Virus record (IMG/VR): IMGVR_UViG_3300047550_006118
Location: 4,536-68,535 of that record
Direction: 5' to 3' (one strand)
Origin: a virus
DNA length: 64,000 bases
Part shown: positions 57,403-64,000 of the stretch, in pieces
Layout: every line of letters starts with the position of its first letter
Position numbering within the stretch: the stretch's first letter is position 1
The notes under the pieces: generated by a model
What the model saw: only the letters and a program-made list of their open reading frames with translations
Told to the model about the DNA's origin: nothing
Databases searched by the model: none
Position numbers and translations under genes: made by a program

Positions 57403-58436
57403 GCAACACATACAGGACGGCCGGTGTTGACATATCAGCCGGAGAGGATCTAGTCCATCGGATATCCCCGATCGCTAGATCAACCTTTCGTCCAGGGGTC
57501 ATCGGCGGTCTCGGAGGCTTTGGAGCCGTGTTTGATCCAAAGGAGGCTGGATACGAGGATCCGTTGATCGTGACCACCACTGACGGTGTTGGCACCAAGC
57601 TGCGAATCGCCATCGATAGCGGCATCATGGATACCATCGGCATCGATCTGGTAGCCATGTGCGTGAACGATCTCATAGTCCAGGGTGCCAAACCCCTGAC
57701 ATTCCTGGACTACTATGCCACCGGTCATCTGAACGTTGATCAGGCCGCGGTGGTGATATCCGGGATAGCAAATGGTTGCAGGATCGCCGGATGCTCTTTG
57801 GTCGGCGGGGAAACGGCCGAAATGCCCGGAATGTATTCGGATGGAGACTTCGACCTGGCAGGGTTTGCCGTGGGGGCCGTGGAGCGGGGAGACCAGCTGC
57901 CGGGGTCCATGGAACCGGGAGACGTGATCCTGGGCCTTGCCAGCTCGGGTTTCCACAGCAATGGATTCTCCTTGGTCAGGAAGGTGATATCAGGATTGGA
58001 TCTTGGATCCAGCTCCCCGTGGGAACACGGAAAAACCCTTGCCGAATCCCTGCTGGTCCCGACACGGATCTACGTGAACAGCATCATGCTATTGGTCCGG
58101 AGTGGATTGATCAGCGCGGCTGCACACATCACCGGAGGTGGGTTGGCATCGAACCTGGAAAGGGTCCTGCCTCCCGGGATCGGTGCGGAGATCAGCATAC
58201 CATGGCCCCCTCCAGAACCTTTCCGATGGCTTTCATCCCACGGACACATCAGTGATGACGAGATGTTGCGGGTGTTCAACTGTGGGATAGGAATGGTTGT
58301 GGTCATACCGGAAAATAACGTGGAGATGGCCACCTACATCCTGGAAGGGTGCGGAGAAAGGGTAACGACCATCGGACGGATCATCGAGCAGGATTCATGT
58401 CCGATCGTTCGAGTTCGGAAAAATAACGATGACTAG
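57399..58436 (+). CDS. purM: phosphoribosylformylglycinamidine cyclo-ligase (AIR synthetase)
   Basis: [45 protein letters not shown] and FNCGIG. Confidence 0.96.
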   Translation: MSNTYRTAGVDISAGEDLVHRISPIARSTFRPGVIGGLGGFGAVFDPKEAGYEDPLIVTTTDGVGTKLRIAIDSGIMDTIGIDLVAMCVNDLIVQGAKPLTFLDYYATGHLNVDQAAVVISGIANGCRIAGCSLVGGETAEMPGMYSDGDFDLAGFAVGAVERGDQLPGSMEPGDVILGLASSGFHSNGFSLVRKVISGLDLGSSSPWEHGKTLAESLLVPTRIYVNSIMLLVRSGLISAAAHITGGGLASNLERVLPPGIGAEISIPWPPPEPFRWLSSHGHISDDEMLRVFNCGIGMVVVIPENNVEMATYILEGCGERVTTIGRIIEQDSCPIVRVRKNNDD

Positions 58437-60018
58437 ATTCATATTCATAACCGGCGGGGTGGTAAGTTCGCTCGGCAAGGGCATAACCGCCGCCAGCCTA
58501 GGTGCCCTGTTGCAGGCACATGGCTACCGGGTACGGATCCGAAAGATGGATCCTTACCTAAACGTGGATCCGGGTACCATGAGCCCCTTGCAGCACGGTG
58601 AGGTCTTCGTCACCGATGACGGGGCGGAAACCGACCTCGACCTTGGGCACTACGAGCGATTCACCGGGGTTTCTGCCAGGCGCGGAGACAACTGGACGGC
58701 TGGTCGGATATACCAGGACGTGATCACCCGAGAAAGGAAGGGTGGATATCTCGGTGCCACGGTACAGGTCATACCACACATAACCGATGCCATCAAGGCC
58801 GCCATCGTTGCTGACGTCAGCCAGGAGGACTTCGTCATAGTGGAGATCGGCGGCACGGTCGGCGACATCGAAAGCCTGCCATTCCTCGAGGCAATACGCC
58901 AGCTGGCGAATGATCTCGGGCAGGACCATACCATGTTCGTCCACGTGACCCTTCTGCCATGGATACCGGCGGCCGGGGAGCTCAAGACCAAGCCAACACA
59001 GCACTCGGTCAGGGAACTCTTGGGCCTTGGCATAGCACCGCAAATGCTGGTGTGCCGGACCGACAGGGACATACCAGACAACGAGAGAAAGAAGATCTCC
59101 CTGTTCTGCAACGTCAGGCCTGAATCGGTCATTTCGGCCAAGGATGTCAATGACATAAATGAGGTACCGCTGGCCTACCATGCCGCCGGCATGGATCACG
59201 TCGTGCTGACGCATTTCGGTCTGGATCATCCCGAACCTGATCTATCCGGCTGGGAACGGATCGTTCGCATTGCCAGGAATCCATCGCACCACGTTAGGAT
59301 AGGCGTGGTGGGAAAATATACCGATCTCAAGGACAGCTACAAGAGCCTGGCCGAGGCACTGGCACACGGCGGCCTCGCCAACGATGCCCGGGTTGACGTG
59401 AGATGGCTCGAGGCCAATGATACCGATCTCGAGCAGTTCCAGGATCTGCGCAGCGAGGTCGACGGCGTGCTGGTTCCCGGAGGTTTTGGATCTCGCGGGA
59501 TCAGTGCCAAGATCAGGGCGATTAGGTACGCACGTATCAACCTGGTACCATTCCTGGGCATATGCCTCGGGATGCAGCTGGCGGTGATCGAATCATACCA
59601 ATTCTCCGGCTGGCCGACGGCTAGCAGCACCGAGTTCGGACCGTGCGATCCGGCCATCGTGGACATCATGCCGAACCGGGATGGAGACATGGGAGGCACC
59701 ATGCGCCTCGGCTCATACGCGGCCATGCTGGCCGAGGGCAGCCTGGCACGCAGGATATATGGAGCCCCCCTCATACACGAGCGCCACCGGCACCGTTACG
59801 AGGTCATTGCCAACGGCACCCATCTGCCTAGGCTCGGTGCGCATGGACTGAGATTCTCCGGGATGAGCCCCGACGGCAGATTGCCCGAGATAATCGAGAG
59901 ACCGGATCATCCATGGTTCATCGGCGTGCAGTTCCATCCGGAGCTCAAGAGCCGGCCCCTCGATCCGCACCCGCTTTTCGCATCCTTCATCAAGGCAGCA
60001 ATGGAAGCAAAGTCATGA
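58429..60018 (+). CDS. pyrG: CTP synthase
   Basis: [37 protein letters not shown] and QFHPE. Confidence 0.97.
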   Translation: MTRFIFITGGVVSSLGKGITAASLGALLQAHGYRVRIRKMDPYLNVDPGTMSPLQHGEVFVTDDGAETDLDLGHYERFTGVSARRGDNWTAGRIYQDVITRERKGGYLGATVQVIPHITDAIKAAIVADVSQEDFVIVEIGGTVGDIESLPFLEAIRQLANDLGQDHTMFVHVTLLPWIPAAGELKTKPTQHSVRELLGLGIAPQMLVCRTDRDIPDNERKKISLFCNVRPESVISAKDVNDINEVPLAYHAAGMDHVVLTHFGLDHPEPDLSGWERIVRIARNPSHHVRIGVVGKYTDLKDSYKSLAEALAHGGLANDARVDVRWLEANDTDLEQFQDLRSEVDGVLVPGGFGSRGISAKIRAIRYARINLVPFLGICLGMQLAVIESYQFSGWPTASSTEFGPCDPAIVDIMPNRDGDMGGTMRLGSYAAMLAEGSLARRIYGAPLIHERHRHRYEVIANGTHLPRLGAHGLRFSGMSPDGRLPEIIERPDHPWFIGVQFHPELKSRPLDPHPLFASFIKAAMEAKS

Positions 60019-60332
60019 CATACCCAAGGACCCGAAACGGTTACGTGGACGACGGCAGCCTCATCACCGCAAGCAATCGCAGGGACCGGTGTCCCAACTG
60101 CGGCAGCTCGAACTACCGGGAAACCATCAGCCTGGAGGAATGCAAGAGCTGCGGACTCAGATGCGACTATTGGGGCGGCGGTACCAACGAGGTCTACGAG
60201 TCCATGATGAAAAGGAACCATGCCCGGGAAAGGGCAATGCAGGAGGAGGAAGACCGCAAGCAACGAGAGGAATGGGAGAGGGAGCTGAACTGGCGGCACG
60301 ATCCGAGCTGGGATGACGAGGGCCAAAATTAA
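60015..60332 (+). CDS. small Zn-ribbon protein
   Basis: CPNCG...CKSCG; ATGA overlap. Confidence 0.6.
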   Translation: MTYPRTRNGYVDDGSLITASNRRDRCPNCGSSNYRETISLEECKSCGLRCDYWGGGTNEVYESMMKRNHARERAMQEEEDRKQREEWERELNWRHDPSWDDEGQN

Positions 60333-60387
60333 GCATTGACATCTATGGCAGGCATGCTATGCTGTCAACACAACAAGGAGGCCATTA

Positions 60388-61284
60388 ATGAGCCATTTTA
60401 CCGTCATGGTGATCGGCCACGATCACGAGAGCCAGCTCGCTCCGTTCCACGAGTTCGAATGCACTGGTCTGAACGATCAATACGTGCAGGACGTGGACAT
60501 CACCGATGAGATCATCGTTCTCATGGAGGACGACAACAAGGATTCGGACGATCCCCTCATGGAATCTCTCGAATACCACGGTCTCGACGAGCGCATCGTC
60601 GAGAGCGAGGACGAGGTCGATCGTGACGGCGACCACAAGTTCGGATATGCCATCGTCCGGGACGGCAAGCTCATCAAGGCCGTGAACCGCACCAATCCTG
60701 ATCGCAAGTGGGATTGGTACCAGGTCGGCGGCCGGTGGACCGGCATGCTGAAGCTCAAGGCCGGTGCCAATGGCATCAAGGGATCGCCGGGCCTGATGAC
60801 CGCACCGGCTGAGGCCGGGCGTGCGGACATGGCGCTCAAGCGCGACGTCGACTGGGAAGGCATGCGGAACGAGTCCGGCCAGAAGGCCGGAGAGCTCTGG
60901 GACCAGGTCCGGGCAGTTTCCCCCGACGTCTGGGAAAGCTGGGACAGCGTCCGTGAGCGATTCTCGGACATCGACCAGGCACGGGACTTCTACCACTCCC
61001 AGCCCGGCCGCAAGGCTCTGCGTACCAGCAGCGATCGGTCGCTGATGTGTATCGAGGACTCGATCCTGTGCAGCCGCGAGGAATACGTCCGGCGCGCCCG
61101 CGAGGCGGCCTGCACGACCTTTGCCGTTCTCAAGGACGGGCAGTGGTACGAGCGCGGAGAGGTGGGCTGGTGGGGTATGGTGAGCGACGAGAAGGACCGC
61201 GACGTATGGAACGCCAAGGTCAGCGAGCTGATCGACGGCCTGGATGATGATACCCTGATCACCATCGTCGACTGCCACATCTAG
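60388..61284 (+). CDS. conserved acidic phage protein
   Basis: MSHF.V.V, NP..KWDWYQVGGRW, DGQWYERG..GWWG and IVDCHI; AGGAGG RBS; promoter TTGACA-N17-TATGCT. Confidence 0.8.
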   Translation: MSHFTVMVIGHDHESQLAPFHEFECTGLNDQYVQDVDITDEIIVLMEDDNKDSDDPLMESLEYHGLDERIVESEDEVDRDGDHKFGYAIVRDGKLIKAVNRTNPDRKWDWYQVGGRWTGMLKLKAGANGIKGSPGLMTAPAEAGRADMALKRDVDWEGMRNESGQKAGELWDQVRAVSPDVWESWDSVRERFSDIDQARDFYHSQPGRKALRTSSDRSLMCIEDSILCSREEYVRRAREAACTTFAVLKDGQWYERGEVGWWGMVSDEKDRDVWNAKVSELIDGLDDDTLITIVDCHI

Positions 61285-61296
61285 GCGCGCCGGCCA

Positions 61297-61581
61297 GTGA
61301 GAAAGGTATGGATGATCCGGGACACCGAGACGGGGGAGTTCGTCAGGGCTACCTCCCATCGGGGAACCACCCGGATCATCCAGGGCCATAATACCCACAA
61401 GAGCCAGGGACGGATGTGGAAGCGCCGGAGCGACGTCACGCGGCACGTGTCCGAAAATCGAGACTTCTATCGGGCGAACATGGACCGGCTGGAGGTCGTT
61501 AAGCTGTCGCTGATGGAATCCGGCATCGAACCAATGCTTGACGTCATCGCCATCGACACGGCCAAGCTCCTCTCCAAGTAA
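61297..61581 (+). CDS. hypothetical protein
   Basis: GTG start; IRD..TG.F...GRMW pattern. Confidence 0.6.
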   Translation: MRKVWMIRDTETGEFVRATSHRGTTRIIQGHNTHKSQGRMWKRRSDVTRHVSENRDFYRANMDRLEVVKLSLMESGIEPMLDVIAIDTAKLLSK

Positions 61582-61623
61582 GGGCATTGACAGGCGATGT
61601 AAAAACCTGCAAACTCTCGGTAG

Positions 61624-61959
61624 ATGAACGAAGAAAAGAAGATGGTAGAAGAAGGCTTCTACCGAGAGGTTGCCCATGTATTGGGATGCGAACAGGAACA
61701 CGAATATCGGCCATTCCCGTATTCAAAGAGGACCAGGTGGAATCATCGAATGCCCGGAAATGGCCGATATCCCGGACATGGGATGGTCAGGAGATATTCA
61801 TCCGGGCTGATACACGTGGCCCTCAAGGATCCTCCATTGTCGGGAACCTATGGCAGCGATGAAGATGCCATCGCTGCCATAAGAGTAGCGTTGAAAACGA
61901 GAAACACGGAAGGCAACAATGACCACGACCTACCACATCAGGAATCGCACGACCGGTAA
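61624..61959 (+). CDS. hypothetical protein
   Basis: RWN.R.PGNGRYPG.G motif. Confidence 0.55.
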   Translation: MNEEKKMVEEGFYREVAHVLGCEQEHEYRPFPYSKRTRWNHRMPGNGRYPGHGMVRRYSSGLIHVALKDPPLSGTYGSDEDAIAAIRVALKTRNTEGNNDHDLPHQESHDR

Positions 61960-62752
61960 GTTCTACAAGGAATATGCCTACGACTTCGATCAATCCACTC
62001 GATCGGTTTCCTACTACCCAAAGTTCGCTGAAAAGGGATGGGGAAAGGTTTTCAAGGATCTAGGCAAGGTCAAGCTGCACCTGCTGTATCTCGTCGGGAT
62101 CATGGAACCCGGGCCTGAGCGCGATCGCCTACGGGAAAACCGCCGAAACGCCGGGCAGAATCTAACCTGGGAACGGATGAACTCGGATCAGGCATACCAG
62201 CGTGCCCTCCACGAGGAGGAGCTTTGGGATATCATGCATCCGGGATATGCTAACGTACCGGAATGGATGTCGAACCCCAGGCCGATCTCCGGCATCCCGG
62301 AGGACTGGGAGGTCGTCGAGGTCGTCGACAAAAAGACCACCACGGTCGTCGATCTGAACCCAACCGAATATGCCGCGGACGCGCTGAAGCTGAAGGTACT
62401 GACCGACAGACATGGATCTGCCGTCAAGGACGTCTACAAGAAGCTCGACAAGAACGGAAAGCGCAGCGAGTTCCGATACGTAGCCGCCGTCCAGATCAAT
62501 CCGGACACGGTCAACTGGAACCAATGGACCCAGGACATCAAGGTCGATCCGGCACCGGTTGACGAGACCATCGAGTCCATGGGACTGAAGAGAAATGCCA
62601 TGGTCCGCACCACCAAGCAGGACTCGATCGCAATCGCGTTCAAGGACCAAGAGACGGCCGTGTGGTTCCAGTTCACCTACGCCGGCAAGGATCGCGTGGT
62701 CGCCATCGACATGGAAACCCTGGAAGAGGTCGTGTCCAACGGTCCGGCCTGA
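61919..62752 (+). CDS. hypothetical protein
   Basis: 277 aa; N-terminus YHIRNRTTGKF resembles the 61297 gene. Confidence 0.7.
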   Translation: MTTTYHIRNRTTGKFYKEYAYDFDQSTRSVSYYPKFAEKGWGKVFKDLGKVKLHLLYLVGIMEPGPERDRLRENRRNAGQNLTWERMNSDQAYQRALHEEELWDIMHPGYANVPEWMSNPRPISGIPEDWEVVEVVDKKTTTVVDLNPTEYAADALKLKVLTDRHGSAVKDVYKKLDKNGKRSEFRYVAAVQINPDTVNWNQWTQDIKVDPAPVDETIESMGLKRNAMVRTTKQDSIAIAFKDQETAVWFQFTYAGKDRVVAIDMETLEEVVSNGPA

Positions 62753-62824
62753 TATAGGTTTTGACCGACCGCGATCGGTTGTGCTATAGTTCGAACGGCC
62801 TAGCATACCACGGAGGATCATGGC

Positions 62825-63757
62825 ATGAAAATAGTTGCGTGCAACAGCAACAAGCCGATGGCGGAAGCCATCTCAACGCACCTTTCCCTCGGACTGACCA
62901 GGGCAACCGTTCGAAGATTTGCCGACATGGAGATCTTCGTTGAGGTGCATGAGAACATCCGAGGGGAGGATGTGTTCGTCGTCCAGAGCACCTCGTATCC
63001 GGCCAATGATCATCTCATGGAACTCCTGCTCACGCTCGATGCCCTGCGAAGGGCCAGCTGCCGCAGGGTGACGGCAGTGATACCCTATTTCGGATATGCC
63101 AGGCAGGACCGAAAGAGCGGACCCAGGACTCCCATCAGCGCCAAGCTGGTGGCCAACCTCATCACCCAGGCTGGGGCCGATCGCGTGCTGACGATGGATC
63201 TTCATGCCGGTCAGATCCAGGGATTCTTCGATATCCCGGTGGACAATCTTTATGCCGCACCACTGTTCGCCAAGGACATCAAGGAGCGATTCAAGGATCG
63301 CAACGCGATGATCGTTAGCCCGGACGTCGGCGGCGTGGTCCGTGCCCGGGCGATCGCCACGAGGCTGCACACGGACCTGGCCATCATCGACAAGCGCCGC
63401 GAGCGCGCCGGGGTGTCGGAGGTGATGAACGTCATCGGCGACGTCAAGGGCAGGGACTGCATCCTGGTCGATGACATCGTGGACTCGGGCGGGACCCTGA
63501 TCAATGCGGCCAAGGCCCTGCTGGACAACGGTGCCGCATCCGCAAGCGTCTACGTGACGCACGGGGTCCTCAGCGGAGAGGCCGTGTCCAGGATCTCCGC
63601 CAGCTCGATCGAGATGGTTACCATCACCGATTCCATCCTCGCCACGGACGCGATCAAGGCCTCTGCCAACATCCGGCAGCTATCCATCGCCCCGCTCATG
63701 GCCGATGCGATGGACAGGATCCATAACGAAAAAAGCGTCAGCAGCCTGTTTAATTGA
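62825..63757 (+). CDS. prs: ribose-phosphate pyrophosphokinase
   Basis: [34 protein letters not shown] and [10 protein letters not shown]. Confidence 0.97.
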   Translation: MKIVACNSNKPMAEAISTHLSLGLTRATVRRFADMEIFVEVHENIRGEDVFVVQSTSYPANDHLMELLLTLDALRRASCRRVTAVIPYFGYARQDRKSGPRTPISAKLVANLITQAGADRVLTMDLHAGQIQGFFDIPVDNLYAAPLFAKDIKERFKDRNAMIVSPDVGGVVRARAIATRLHTDLAIIDKRRERAGVSEVMNVIGDVKGRDCILVDDIVDSGGTLINAAKALLDNGAASASVYVTHGVLSGEAVSRISASSIEMVTITDSILATDAIKASANIRQLSIAPLMADAMDRIHNEKSVSSLFN

Positions 63758-63823
63758 CATTGACTTCACCGCGCGTCGATCGCAAAGCATAGAGGTTCAT
63801 AATCCAATGAAAGGTAACAACAC

Positions 63824-64000
63824 GTGATCAAGACCATCATCGCTTCCATGATCGTCGCCGTTGGCGCGATCAGTATGTCCGGCAACGCCAAGGCGCAGCC
63901 GATCGACGTTAACTGCGCGGCACTCCAGGGCACGCCCTTGATGTGCGTCAAGAACTCCGCGAATGCGCCGGTGGTGGCCATCCAGGCCACGTCACGCGGT
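63824..64000 (+). CDS. exported protein, 3'-truncated by the window edge
   Basis: GTG start after AAGG; signal peptide MIKTIIASMIVAVGAISMSGNAKA; frame open to the end. Confidence 0.55.
   Translation, partial: MIKTIIASMIVAVGAISMSGNAKAQPIDVNCAALQGTPLMCVKNSANAPVVAIQATSRG

Noticed and set aside
57399-63757. Host chromosome or prophage boundary
   Set aside because: The housekeeping-like genes are interleaved with phage-type hypotheticals and share the same promoter style; no integrase or att site was seen.
1-64000. Stop-codon reassignment
   Set aside because: Recognisable enzymes are full length under the standard code, and TAA, TAG and TGA all end genes at sensible positions.

Overview
This window is a densely coding segment of a large (jumbo-type) tailed dsDNA phage. 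Evidence: T4-like TATAAATA late promoters, split type II topoisomerase, nrdAB/glutaredoxin, tail-fibre and virion proteins. The host is most likely an alphaproteobacterium, based on a two-piece permuted tmRNA with tag ANDNVAFEEVRLAA. It carries many host-like genes for translation, proteostasis and metabolism: CCA-adding enzyme, TilS, IF-3, bS21, ClpX, ClpS, Hsp20, YqeY, Smr, YccA, SpeB/SpeD, PurM, PyrG, Prs, Sir2 and IscA. The most striking unexplained structure is a family of at least 7 non-coding RNA modules at 34.3-34.75 kb and 36.0-36.46 kb. Each is closed by the same handle: a 6-8 bp terminal stem, then T(T/G/A)CAGC(A/G) on the 5' side and AA(G/A) on the 3' side. The cargo inside varies: two circularly permuted tRNAs (one clearly Tyr-derived), anticodon-arm-like hairpins, and a ~240-nt structured domain. 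The second cluster sits directly upstream of a DUF2828-type helical+vWA protein with Ro60-like architecture, and an HNH-RNA ligase fusion lies nearby. I read this as a candidate phage Ro/Y-RNA-like RNP and tRNA decoy/repair system; that reading is inference. Also present: an ~850-nt GOLLD-like RNA with an embedded tRNA-Trp-like element, a second ~540-nt structured RNA, a ROSE-like thermometer before Hsp20, a tandem array of small paralogues with conserved junction DNA, and a shared putative capsid-targeting N-terminus on late proteins. All family assignments come from motif recognition by eye; no database searches were run.
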